NCBI GenBank assembly: GCA_026387355.1
Contig: JAPLLW010000007.1
Location: forward strand, 42,198-106,197
Length of the DNA: 64,000 bases
Direction: 5' to 3'
DNA from: Candidatus Omnitrophota bacterium
GTDB taxonomy: Bacteria; Omnitrophota; Gorgyraeia; Gygaellales; Profunditerraquicolaceae
The notes under the pieces were generated by a model. That model had not been told where the DNA came from and made no database searches. It saw only the letters and a list, made by a program, of their open reading frames with translations. Below are positions 9,877-19,113 of the stretch, in pieces; the first letter of the stretch is position 1, and each line of letters starts with the position of its first letter. The position numbers were made by a program, and so were the translations under genes.

Positions 9877-11151
9877 TTACTTAAAGAATCTTTGTAGATA
9901 CCCAATTATTGGGGATGCTATAAGCATGATAGTTAGTGAAATTAATATTACAGTTGTTGACCAGCCTACGGTGTTTTGAAAAGCATTATTAGTGTATTTG
10001 CCCATAATCTTCTTATTATTTACCATAGTAATCATCGAGATTAGCACTACTGGTAAGAGCATGGCATTGATTATCTGCGACCAGATAGTAATAGCAATCA
10101 GCGGTGCGTTTGGTATGAGTATTATGATAACCGAGGTTACTATAATGAATGTAAACAAGGAATAAAATTGCGGGGCTTCATTGATTTTTTTATTTATCCC
10201 TGCCTCAAAACCAAATGCCTCACATACATAAAAAGCTGTAGCTAGGGGTAAGATGGTTGCGGAAAATACCGAGGCAACAAATAAGCCAAAGGCAAATAAC
10301 TGTGAAGCAAAGATACCGGCAAATGGCTTAAGCGCTATCGCAGCATCTCGAGCTTCGGTTATTACTATTCCATTTACGTGTAGAGTTGCAGCGCAGGCAA
10401 TGATAATAAATGACGCAACTACGATAGTAGCGACGCATCCAATGATTACATCCCAGATGACAAATTTATAATCCTCGATCTTGATCCTCTTCTCTATTAC
10501 TGCTGACTGCATATAGAATTGCATCCATGGGGCTACGGTGGTTCCTACGATTCCCAGAACCATCCCTAAGTACTCTTTATTTATTTGCATAGTTGGGTTA
10601 ACAAAGGAAGTTCCGATCTGTTGCCAGTCGGGTTTGGATAGAACCGCGGATACTATATAAGATAAAAGGCAAAAACTAAAAAGCAAAAATATCCTTTCGG
10701 AGATTTTGTAATCCCCTTTAACCACGAGTATCCAGACTCCGATTGCAACCAGTGGTACAGAGATATATTTGGATACTCCAAATATATCCATACTTCCGGC
10801 AACCCCGGCAAATTCTGTGGCAGTATTTCCGATATCCGCGGCAACTAAACCTAGAAAAATAAAAAATGTGATTTTTACGCCGAAATTCTCTCGGATTAAA
10901 TCAGCTAGTCCTTTACCGGTTACTATTCCCATCCTAGCGTTCATCTCTTGAACTACCGCGAGGATTATAAAAGATGGGATCATTGTCCACAATAATTTAT
11001 ATCCGTATATAGCTCCGGCTACCGAATAAGTGGTGATACCGCCTGCATCGTTATCAACGCTGCCTGTAATAATGCCAGGTCCAAGGATGGCCAAAAAGAT
11101 TAATAGATTCCTCATTGTGGGGTTTTCTTTAAGTTTTTCTATGAATTTCAT
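9877..11151 (-). CDS. NRAMP-related transporter with non-canonical metal site (NRMT-like, putative Mg2+ transporter)
   Basis: 11-12 TM protein. TM1 aligns to the NRAMP GPG…DPGN…AGA…GY…LLW block, but DPGN is replaced by D-A-G-G. TM6 TVMPH is replaced by TVAPW. The Met-to-Ala and Asn-to-Gly swaps are those described for NRAMP-related Mg2+ transporters. Confidence 0.7.
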   Translation of the reverse strand: MKFIEKLKENPTMRNLLIFLAILGPGIITGSVDNDAGGITTYSVAGAIYGYKLLWTMIPSFIILAVVQEMNARMGIVTGKGLADLIRENFGVKITFFIFLGLVAADIGNTATEFAGVAGSMDIFGVSKYISVPLVAIGVWILVVKGDYKISERIFLLFSFCLLSYIVSAVLSKPDWQQIGTSFVNPTMQINKEYLGMVLGIVGTTVAPWMQFYMQSAVIEKRIKIEDYKFVIWDVIIGCVATIVVASFIIIACAATLHVNGIVITEARDAAIALKPFAGIFASQLFAFGLFVASVFSATILPLATAFYVCEAFGFEAGINKKINEAPQFYSLFTFIIVTSVIIILIPNAPLIAITIWSQIINAMLLPVVLISMITMVNNKKIMGKYTNNAFQNTVGWSTTVILISLTIMLIASPIIGYLQRFFK

Positions 11152-12437
11152 TGCGATTCCTCTGTTTCTTTACGTATTTGATGAAATACTGATTCAAATG
11201 CGTCCTTCATTGTAATGATACCTTGAATCTTTCCAGATTTATCAACCACTGGAACCACGGTAAAGTCATATTTATAGAAGATTTCAGCAACGTCTTTAAT
11301 GCTAGCATTTACTTTAGTTTTGGCTACGCGTTTACGCATAAACTCAGAGACTAATTTTTCAGGCGCAACAGTGAGCAATTGCGGTAAGGTAATTACTCCG
11401 ATTAACAGGTCTAGGTCGTCTAAAACATAAATATAATAAATATTCTTATTTTTCTTGGTCTCTTTTCTTATTTTTTCTAAAAGAACGCCGGCAGTAATGT
11501 TGTGTTTGGTAGTCATAAATTCCGTATTCATGATACTACCCGCTATATCATGGGCGTGTCCTAAAAGGCTGGTAATTTGCGCCACCTTCTCTTGGGGTAG
11601 GCGCATAAATATGGCATTCATCCTCTTTTTAGGAAGCTGTGAAAACAAGTCAACTACTTCATCAATTGCCATCTCATTAATAAAATCAACAAAGAGTTTC
11701 TGATCCAGTAATTCAGCTACCTGAATGCGTATTTTTAAAGGTAGCTCTTGGATGGTACTTGCGGCAGTGGCATTATCCATAGACTTGAGGATATTTATTC
11801 TCTCCTCATTTCCTAAGTCAACAAGGATATCTGCAAGATCGGCAGGATGCAATTCCGCAAGTCTTGAATGGTGCACCTTTAGCGCTAGTGCGTCATTTTG
11901 TGCCGCATTGTTTATAGGCTGGACAAATTTCCAGGATATTAGCCTGTCTTCAACTTGGTATGAAGATAGCAGCTTAACTATAAATTCAAATATTTTAATA
12001 CAACCAAGCCTGCGAATTAGCCCGGTTACTCCTATATCCATGTGCACAACCCAAAGATTTAACCCTTCCCTAAGGAGATGCAGGTCATTTATTCTAACTA
12101 CTTTTGAGCCGGATATATCAACGATCTGCTTATCCCAGAATGTGTCCTTAAGTAAAATCTCATTTTCTTCTAACTTGTAGTTTTCTTTAATGGATTCGCT
12201 GGTGTTTTCTACAAAAATACCCTTATCTTCCGTAAACATCTTAACGAATCTCCAAGGAAGGTAGGCTTTCTTACCCCTTCTGGTACGTATAATTAAGCTG
12301 GTTACTTTAGGATACATTTCTTTAAATGTTACGGTGAGGTCTAAAACGCGGCCTAATCTCTTGCCTGTAGCAGAATCAATAACCGGTAAGTTAATTATGT
12401 AATAAAGGAAGATAAATTTCTTTGGTAGATTGTTCAT
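11148..12437 (-). CDS. Stand-alone MgtE cytoplasmic module: PRC-barrel + MgtE N-domain + CBS pair, no TM domain
   Basis: Strong similarity to the MgtE sensor region (LHPADLADIL…, DIAGSIM, NIYYIYVLDD…, YDFTVVPVVDKSGKIQGIITMKD). The protein ends right after the second CBS with no hydrophobic pore domain. Its stop overlaps the downstream transporter start by 4 nt. Confidence 0.75.
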   Translation of the reverse strand: MNNLPKKFIFLYYIINLPVIDSATGKRLGRVLDLTVTFKEMYPKVTSLIIRTRRGKKAYLPWRFVKMFTEDKGIFVENTSESIKENYKLEENEILLKDTFWDKQIVDISGSKVVRINDLHLLREGLNLWVVHMDIGVTGLIRRLGCIKIFEFIVKLLSSYQVEDRLISWKFVQPINNAAQNDALALKVHHSRLAELHPADLADILVDLGNEERINILKSMDNATAASTIQELPLKIRIQVAELLDQKLFVDFINEMAIDEVVDLFSQLPKKRMNAIFMRLPQEKVAQITSLLGHAHDIAGSIMNTEFMTTKHNITAGVLLEKIRKETKKNKNIYYIYVLDDLDLLIGVITLPQLLTVAPEKLVSEFMRKRVAKTKVNASIKDVAEIFYKYDFTVVPVVDKSGKIQGIITMKDAFESVFHQIRKETEESQ

Positions 12438-13255
12438 CAGTTTAAGGTGTCTTTAAGCCGTTTATGTTTTAAAAACTCAAAATGTCCGGCTAATTCATTT
12501 AAATCTAGATCCGTAGCATCAAAATCAGGACCGTCAGAGTATTTAAAGACTTTATTTTCAGTTGTTTTGCAGCTGCAGGTTCCGCAAATTCCTGTAGTAT
12601 CAACTAGGACTGGGTCCAGGCTTAGAATAGTTTTAATCTGATTCTCTGCGCTAAATTCTGCGACCTCTTTCATCATCGGGATTGAACCCATGCAGTAAAT
12701 TAATTTAGGATACTGGGTATGAGTAGATTTTTCGATCACCTGAAAAAGATCCTTAAGCGTGTTTATGGCTTTGTCAGTAATAAGCAGCTCACTAGAAACC
12801 TCGCGTATTTTATCCTCAAGTAAACACCTGGGCTTATCTTGTGTTTCGATTATCGAGATTATCCTGTTGCCGTGTGCCTTAAGGGCTTTTAATATAGGAT
12901 AAGATCCAGTTAGTCCGTTATCGTCTGCGATAAAATACACTTCTCCTAGTTTTTCTATCTTGCTCATTTGCCCGAGGGGGCCAAAAAGCTCACTTATAGC
13001 ATCCCCTTCGTTGATTCTTTCAAGATTCTTCGCAGTGTAATCGGTCCTGCGGAAAATAATATTAATCTCGCCATTATCTGCGTCCCAGTCCGCAAGCCTT
13101 AAAGGTATGCGTTCATTTGTATCTTTAGTGATTATGGATATAAATTGTCCGGGTCTAATCTTTTTGACCAAATCTCTCGCCTCTATGCCGATAGAGACAA
13201 ATTCCTTATTTAAATTAGTCACCTCAATTACCTTGAACATGCTCTTCTTCGACAA
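12437..13255 (-). CDS. PyrK-like FAD/[2Fe-2S] oxidoreductase subunit (ferredoxin-NADP reductase fold)
   Basis: RIPLRL (RxPxS-like FAD motif). C-terminal cysteine cluster CMGSIP…GICGTCSC resembling the PyrK/sulfide dehydrogenase [2Fe-2S] motif. NAD motif degenerate (DDNGLTGSYP). Confidence 0.55.
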   Translation of the reverse strand: MSKKSMFKVIEVTNLNKEFVSIGIEARDLVKKIRPGQFISIITKDTNERIPLRLADWDADNGEINIIFRRTDYTAKNLERINEGDAISELFGPLGQMSKIEKLGEVYFIADDNGLTGSYPILKALKAHGNRIISIIETQDKPRCLLEDKIREVSSELLITDKAINTLKDLFQVIEKSTHTQYPKLIYCMGSIPMMKEVAEFSAENQIKTILSLDPVLVDTTGICGTCSCKTTENKVFKYSDGPDFDATDLDLNELAGHFEFLKHKRLKDTLN

Positions 13256-14186
13256 TAATAATCGAGACTCCCTTAAACCTTTTTTCTAAAAGCCTGCCCT
13301 CTTTTTCTCCAAGAACAAATACTGCCGTTGAAAGGGCATCTGCGCATAGGGCTTGGTCGGAAATTACAGTTACTGATGCAATCTTTGAATCAACCGGAAC
13401 TCCTAGCCTTGGGTCTAATATGTGACCGTAGCGTTTTTTGTCTTTTAAGAAGTACTGTCTGTAGTTACCAGATGTTGATACGGATTTATTTGTTAACCAT
13501 AAAGTGCCTATTGGTCTATTGCTATTCGGGTCTTTTATCCCTACGCTCCAAGGCTTGGAAAAATAATTTCCCAGGCAATAAGCTTGTCCGCCGGCATTAA
13601 TCAGGCAGCTAGTGACTCTAGCTTCCCTTAATTTATTTGCTGCGCAATCTAATGCGTACCCTTTTGCGATTGCACCTAAATCTATTTTCATTCCAGAAAG
13701 AGTAAATTGTATCACATTATTTTTATCATGCAAAATAATTTTATCAGATCCGATTAATTTCAGTGTTTCTTTAATTTGTTCATCTTTGGGAATCGTATAT
13801 TGTTTATTAGTAAGCCCCCAGAGCCTCATTAGTGGCTCGATTGTGATATCAAATGCGCCGTTAGTAGCAAAGCAGTATTCCTTTGCCTTATTAATTATAT
13901 AAAATGTCTCAGGACTTGCTTTCAAATACCCGCTTTCATTAAGTTTTGAGACTTCGCTCTGCGGGTTATATTTACTAAGCAGTTTCTCTATTCTTCCAAT
14001 TTCATTAAAAACAATTCCCGGTGCCCTTTTGTCTGGAGAGACCACTTTAACGAAGGTCCCCATTAAAACGCGTGTCTCAATGTAAAGTAATTTATCCTGA
14101 GCTTGTCTATCGGGAAGTAGTAGCGTTAATCCAGAGAGAAGTAAGAAGGTAACGGTTAAGTTTTTAATAATTTTGCTTAGGCCCAT
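13224..14186 (-). CDS. apbE: FAD:protein FMN transferase (ApbE family)
   Basis: Signal peptide followed by ETRVLMGT, the ApbE hallmark. Full-length ApbE fold. Confidence 0.8.
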   Translation of the reverse strand: MGLSKIIKNLTVTFLLLSGLTLLLPDRQAQDKLLYIETRVLMGTFVKVVSPDKRAPGIVFNEIGRIEKLLSKYNPQSEVSKLNESGYLKASPETFYIINKAKEYCFATNGAFDITIEPLMRLWGLTNKQYTIPKDEQIKETLKLIGSDKIILHDKNNVIQFTLSGMKIDLGAIAKGYALDCAANKLREARVTSCLINAGGQAYCLGNYFSKPWSVGIKDPNSNRPIGTLWLTNKSVSTSGNYRQYFLKDKKRYGHILDPRLGVPVDSKIASVTVISDQALCADALSTAVFVLGEKEGRLLEKRFKGVSIIIVEEEHVQGN

Positions 14187-14202
14187 TTTTAAACGAAGTT
14201 CC

Positions 14203-15129
14203 TTAAAGCGCTAGTGAGTATCCGGCTTCAATAGTCTTTACCAGGTCTAGGAGCATGGAGTTAATCGGTGCCGGTATATTTAATTCCTGGGCAAGGCGGA
14301 CTATCACGCCATTAATAAAATCTATCTCAGTGCGTCTCTTGCGTAGGACATCCTGGAGCATTGATGATATATTTCCTGAAGTAGCCTCGCAAACCGCTTC
14401 AACTTTCGCAAGCGGGTCATCGTAGGCTAATTTTATCCTCTTTCGTTTTGCTATGCGGATAGCCTCAGTAACTGCTTCGCGCATAATTCTACGCGTCCCC
14501 TCAAATTCAGTAAGCTTCCCGTTGTTAAGGCGGGTTATCGCGGTTAAGGCGTTGATACCTGTATTAATGATTAGTTTTGACCATAGGATAGATTTTACGT
14601 CGCGGGTGATACGTGTTTCAAGGCCTACCTTGTTAAATATTTCGCGTATAGAGCGCATCTCAACAGTAATTTTTCCATCAAGACGGCCGATTACTGTCTC
14701 GCCTTTTCCCGCATGCTTAACGCGGCCTGGTTCAAGTAGAGTTGCCCCAAGAGAAGTTACTCCTGCGATAACCCTTTCGCTGCCTATAGCCTCAGCAATA
14801 ATCTCAATATTGCCTAAACCATTTTGCAGAGTTAATACCGCACTCTTTTCATTAACTAATGTTTTTGATTGTTTAATTGCATTCTTTGTATCGTAGGATT
14901 TAACGCAGATAATTACCAGGTCGGCAATACCGATTTCCTTAATATCAGAGCTAGTCTTAGGTTTAGCTTGCCAATCCCCTGATAGTCCTTCAAGCGATAT
15001 TCCAGTTTGGTTCAGCTTTAAAGCCCGTTCCTTGTTGTAGTCTAAGAGCCAGATCTCTTCTTTACTTTTGGATAAAAAGGCAGCTAATAGGGTGCCTATT
15101 GCACCTGGGCCGACAATAACAATTTTCAT
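14203..15129 (-). CDS. panE: 2-dehydropantoate 2-reductase
   Basis: N-terminal Rossmann IVIVGPGAIGTLLAAFL and the ketopantoate reductase C-domain. Confidence 0.8.
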   Translation of the reverse strand: MKIVIVGPGAIGTLLAAFLSKSKEEIWLLDYNKERALKLNQTGISLEGLSGDWQAKPKTSSDIKEIGIADLVIICVKSYDTKNAIKQSKTLVNEKSAVLTLQNGLGNIEIIAEAIGSERVIAGVTSLGATLLEPGRVKHAGKGETVIGRLDGKITVEMRSIREIFNKVGLETRITRDVKSILWSKLIINTGINALTAITRLNNGKLTEFEGTRRIMREAVTEAIRIAKRKRIKLAYDDPLAKVEAVCEATSGNISSMLQDVLRKRRTEIDFINGVIVRLAQELNIPAPINSMLLDLVKTIEAGYSLAL

Positions 15130-15162
15130 AGCGCTCCTCCCTGATTATCCTTTAGAATGTTT

Positions 15163-15918
15163 TTAGCCGACTTCCACTAATCTATTCAATACTTTTTGTG
15201 ATTTTAGTTCTTTCTCTAGATGGAAATTAAGAAAGGCATTTAAAATAATTTCAAGTTCCTTTTTTATCTCTGGATTTAAACCCAGATTGAGATTACTTTT
15301 AAAATTATTTCTTTCAATATGCAGTATGGAGGCGACTGTCCCGCGGAATATAGATCGGCTGCTTAGGTCCTTAAAGTAGCATTTCTCACACAAAAGTCCA
15401 CCCAGGCATAAAGAAAACTTTGATTGTCCAAGTATCTTACTGTCGCATGAGACGCATGAGTCAAAATGCGGCTTGAAACCCGAAAGCGAGAGCATTTTTA
15501 TCTTAAAGATAGTTAAGACCTTCTGCGGATTATTGGTTATCTCTAGTTCTTTCAGGCAATCCAAGGTTAAGTTGAAAACGTCTTCATTTTTATCTTCAGT
15601 TTGCATGACGGTTGCAACCAACTCCATCATGATGCCAAGGAACCCCGCTTTAACCATACTATTCCTGATATTAAAGAAGTTATCTTTAAGATCGCATGCG
15701 CTTACTAGGTGTAATGTAGAGCTCGTCTTTTTATAGAATATTATTTCGTTGTAGGAGGATACTTCTACGGGACTTGCAAATTTGGAAGGCTCTTTGCGTA
15801 TCCCCTTAAGTATACCGCTAAGCTTACCAAAATCCCTGGTGAAGAAATCAATGATTAGCGAGGTCTCTCGAAAATCCATACGTCTAAGAATTATAGCTTC
15901 GCTTTTATGAATTGGCAT
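15163..15918 (-). CDS. recO: DNA repair protein RecO
   Basis: RecO N-terminal OB fold (EAIILRRMDFRETSLII) and zinc-finger cysteines (CVSCDSK…CEKC). Confidence 0.85.
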   Translation of the reverse strand: MPIHKSEAIILRRMDFRETSLIIDFFTRDFGKLSGILKGIRKEPSKFASPVEVSSYNEIIFYKKTSSTLHLVSACDLKDNFFNIRNSMVKAGFLGIMMELVATVMQTEDKNEDVFNLTLDCLKELEITNNPQKVLTIFKIKMLSLSGFKPHFDSCVSCDSKILGQSKFSLCLGGLLCEKCYFKDLSSRSIFRGTVASILHIERNNFKSNLNLGLNPEIKKELEIILNAFLNFHLEKELKSQKVLNRLVEVG

Positions 15919-16324
15919 AAAGCGTTTCTTTCTTACGCATAAGTCTTATCTCCTTAGCGCTTCTATCTTTGTAGCCTAATAAATGTAATACGCCGTGCAG
16001 GGCGTAGAGGCTTAATTCAAAAGCAGGCGTAGTTTTAAAAATCTTTGCGTTACGCATGGCCGCATCAGTAGAAATAATTATATCTGCAAGCTCTCCCTTT
16101 CCGGCTATACCCTTACCTAAATTAAAGGCCAATACATCTGTGGAGGCGTTAGTCTTGTGATATTTTGTATTTAACCTACGCATTTCTTTTTCAGTTACAA
16201 AACAGAGAGTTATTTCGCCTAATTCGCGTAGCCCTTCGGACTTTAAGGCTTTAAGAATTGGTTTTTTTATCCTTGTCGGATAGACGGGTATTTTCTTTTG
16301 AAGATTTCTTATGGTTATTTTCAC
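15905..16324 (-). CDS. ybeY: Endoribonuclease YbeY (rRNA maturation)
   Basis: HGVLHLLGYKD metal-binding motif. N-terminal TDVLAF block. Overlaps the upstream gene. Confidence 0.9.
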   Translation of the reverse strand: MKITIRNLQKKIPVYPTRIKKPILKALKSEGLRELGEITLCFVTEKEMRRLNTKYHKTNASTDVLAFNLGKGIAGKGELADIIISTDAAMRNAKIFKTTPAFELSLYALHGVLHLLGYKDRSAKEIRLMRKKETLYANS

Positions 16325-17672
16325 TTCTTTCGCTTTCAGGGTAATATGCCCTGCTATGGTATATGCCGCAGAGTAATCTTATGAATACCGCTGAGATTTT
16401 CTCCAGGTCCTTAAGGGTTAGGTCGCATTCGTCAAGCTGGCCATCGATAAACTTATTGTTAATTACCTTATGCACTAGTTCTTCGATTTTTGAAGGGTTA
16501 GGTTCTTTTAGGGCCCGAGTTGCTGCTTCTACTGAGTCGGCCAATAAAACAATAGCTGTTTCTTTAGAGTTTGGTTTTGGTCCGGGGTAGCGAAAACCCT
16601 CTTCATTTACTTCCTGATATTCTTCAATATTTTCTAATGCCCTGCGGTAAAAATAGTAAACCAGCGAGTTGCCATGGTGTTGTTCTATAAAATCAATTAT
16701 CGTTGGGTTTAGTCTATATTTCTTAGCTAATTCCGAGCCCTCTTTAACGTGGTTCATGATTACTAATTTGCTCATTGTTGGAGCCAGCTTACTATGTTTA
16801 CTCTCTTCTTTTTCTTGATTCTCGCTGAAATATTCAGGTTTTTGAAGCTTACCGATATCATGGTAATAAGCGCCGATTCTAGCAAGTAGTGCATTTGCTC
16901 CTACTGCCCTGCAGGCAGTCTCAGAGAGGTTGCCGACGCTTAAACTGTGCTGATATGTGCCTAATGCTTCCTGGGCCATGCGCTGCAATAGCGGATGATG
17001 GGTATCTGCTAATTCTAAAAGGCTTATATTTGTGGTTGTGTTGAATAAATATTCAAAAACCGGCAATATACCTAGAACAATAATACTTGAAACGATTCCG
17101 TTTAGAAGGAGTATCAGGTAGCGTTGCCCAGAATATATAGCTAAGTGATCGATAAAGATCAGGGTAATTACTTGCAGAATTCCGATGATTAGGCCTGCGC
17201 GGATAATTGTGTTACGTTTACGCGCATTTAGGATAAGCATGCTAGAGATTATCCCGCTGATTAAAGAAAATACAATTACCTGAAGCGGAAAAGGCGAGAT
17301 AGTCGCGATTGCAACAGAAGTTGATATGGCGATTAGTAAAGAGACCTCAAGGCTGCAAAATAATAAAGTCGCTATCATCGGCACAATCGAGAAGGGAATA
17401 TAATAGATCTGAAGCTTATTTTTGATTAATAAATAAGCGCAAGAAAAGATAATTAAAAAGAGGAATGATAAATGTAGAAGGTTACAATTCTTCTTCTCTA
17501 GCCCTCTGAATTTAAAGTACCAGAATATGCAGGCTAAGAGCAGGGTAACTGCAAGGTTTAGTTGTGCGATATAGCCGAAAATAAGAATAAGCGCAACCAG
17601 ACTAGCTGTTTTAAGATTGATTTTTGCGATTAGATTTATCATATGCTTCAATGATTCTCTGTACCAAGGCAT
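16251..17672 (-). CDS. 7TM-receptor HD-domain hydrolase (PgpH/YqfF-like, possible c-di-AMP phosphodiesterase)
   Basis: Seven N-terminal TM helices followed by an HD domain (YYHDIGK). Lies in the conserved phoH-yqfF-ybeY arrangement. Confidence 0.8.
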   Translation of the reverse strand: MPWYRESLKHMINLIAKINLKTASLVALILIFGYIAQLNLAVTLLLACIFWYFKFRGLEKKNCNLLHLSFLFLIIFSCAYLLIKNKLQIYYIPFSIVPMIATLLFCSLEVSLLIAISTSVAIATISPFPLQVIVFSLISGIISSMLILNARKRNTIIRAGLIIGILQVITLIFIDHLAIYSGQRYLILLLNGIVSSIIVLGILPVFEYLFNTTTNISLLELADTHHPLLQRMAQEALGTYQHSLSVGNLSETACRAVGANALLARIGAYYHDIGKLQKPEYFSENQEKEESKHSKLAPTMSKLVIMNHVKEGSELAKKYRLNPTIIDFIEQHHGNSLVYYFYRRALENIEEYQEVNEEGFRYPGPKPNSKETAIVLLADSVEAATRALKEPNPSKIEELVHKVINNKFIDGQLDECDLTLKDLEKISAVFIRLLCGIYHSRAYYPESERSENNHKKSSKENTRLSDKDKKTNS

Positions 17673-18573
17673 GTCTTACTACATCAGAGCCGCTAAAATA
17701 TATGAATTTGATTCCTTCAATTTCGCTTAATATATCTTGAGCTTGTAATAACCCTATGGGTTTAGCGTTTGGCAGGTCGCTCTGAGTCATGTCTCCGGTA
17801 ATTACTGCTTTAGAATCAAAGCCTAAGCGGGTTAAAAACATCTTCATCTGTTCAGCAGTGCAATTCTGTGCTTCATCCAAAATGATGAAGGCATCATTAA
17901 GGGTTCTACCTCTCATGTAAGCAAGTGGGGCAACTTCAATGATTCCTGTCTCTAGATACTTTTCAATACGTTCTGCCTCCATCATATCATAGAGGGCATC
18001 ATAAAGAGGGCGTAAATAGGGAGATATCTTTTCATGTATATCTCCCGGTAGAAACCCTAAAGATTCCCCTGCTTCAATTGCCGGACGGGTAAGGATAATT
18101 CTGCGCACTTCTTGTTTCTTTAGCGATTCAACTGCGCATGCCATAGCTAGGTAAGTCTTTCCCGTTCCGGCAGGGCCTACGCCAAAAACAATATCAAACT
18201 TTTTTATTGCCTCAACATATTCGCGTTGTCCGGTAGTTTTAGGGCCTATCTCTTTGCCGCTTGAGGAACGGGTAACTCCTGAGCTAGGAATTTCTAAAGC
18301 GCCAACTTTTTTTTGTTTTTTAAAATTAGCGATAAGATAAGCTAGATCAAGTTTTCCCAGTGCGTCTTGGCCTGTGCGTTTAGCTTCCAGTAGATATTCA
18401 ATAAGGCCAGAGGCTTTTTTAATATTAACAGCAGTGCCGCTGATATTAATATGTTCTCCACGCAAAGTCAGCTTTACCTTAAACTCTTTTTCTATGGATT
18501 TAACGTTAGCGTCATGAAGGCCGAATAATTCTTGGGCCTCTTCATGAGTATGCAGCTTTACCGATTTATTCAT
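17611..18573 (-). CDS. phoH: PhoH-like ATPase
   Basis: Walker A GVGPAGTGKTYLAMA. PhoH family C-terminus. Confidence 0.9.
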   Translation of the reverse strand: MNKSVKLHTHEEAQELFGLHDANVKSIEKEFKVKLTLRGEHINISGTAVNIKKASGLIEYLLEAKRTGQDALGKLDLAYLIANFKKQKKVGALEIPSSGVTRSSSGKEIGPKTTGQREYVEAIKKFDIVFGVGPAGTGKTYLAMACAVESLKKQEVRRIILTRPAIEAGESLGFLPGDIHEKISPYLRPLYDALYDMMEAERIEKYLETGIIEVAPLAYMRGRTLNDAFIILDEAQNCTAEQMKMFLTRLGFDSKAVITGDMTQSDLPNAKPIGLLQAQDILSEIEGIKFIYFSGSDVVRHALVQRIIEAYDKSNRKNQS

Positions 18574-18579
18574 GAGAAA

Positions 18580-19113
18580 CTATTTTAAGTTTTCCGTAGG
18601 TTCTTTTAAGGTTTGAGTACCTTGTAATTCAGGAATATTTATTACCTGTCCTGGATAAACTTTGTCCGGACCCTTTAAAACATCTTTGTTTGCTTCGTAG
18701 ATCTTCATCCACTTTTTGCTGGTGCCATAGAACTTAGTTGAGATCTTTTGTAATGTGTCATTCTTCTCTACGGTATATTTTTGAAATGCGCCTGAAGATG
18801 CAGATTCCGCGATATATGTGGAATCAGATTCGCTCTTGTCGCTGGTTAAATTAGCATCTTGAGTTGTGGAGAGATTATTGTTTTTTACTTTGTAAGAGGG
18901 CCCGAGTTCAATTTCAAAGACTTGCACTGTGCGATCGGTCTTTCTTGGTTCAGTACTCTCTGCGGGAGCTGTACCTGAAAGATAGCCTCGGTTACCGCTG
19001 GTTAAATCCTGGTCTACTCTATCCCTGGTTAAAGGATACGTTCTTGCAACGCAACCCGATAATATAAAGATCGAAGCTAGTACTAGCAAAAAAATAAAAT
19101 TCTGTTTCTTCAT
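18580..19113 (-). CDS. LysM-domain lipoprotein
   Basis: Lipobox LSGC. C-terminal LysM (YTVEKNDTLQKISTKFYG…YPGQVINIP). Confidence 0.75.
   Translation of the reverse strand: MKKQNFIFLLVLASIFILSGCVARTYPLTRDRVDQDLTSGNRGYLSGTAPAESTEPRKTDRTVQVFEIELGPSYKVKNNNLSTTQDANLTSDKSESDSTYIAESASSGAFQKYTVEKNDTLQKISTKFYGTSKKWMKIYEANKDVLKGPDKVYPGQVINIPELQGTQTLKEPTENLK

Noticed and set aside
9877-11151. Canonical Mn2+/Fe2+ MntH
   Set aside because: The signature metal-binding Asn (DPGN) and Met (MPH) are replaced by Gly and Ala. This argues against Mn/Fe selectivity and favours the NRMT-type call.
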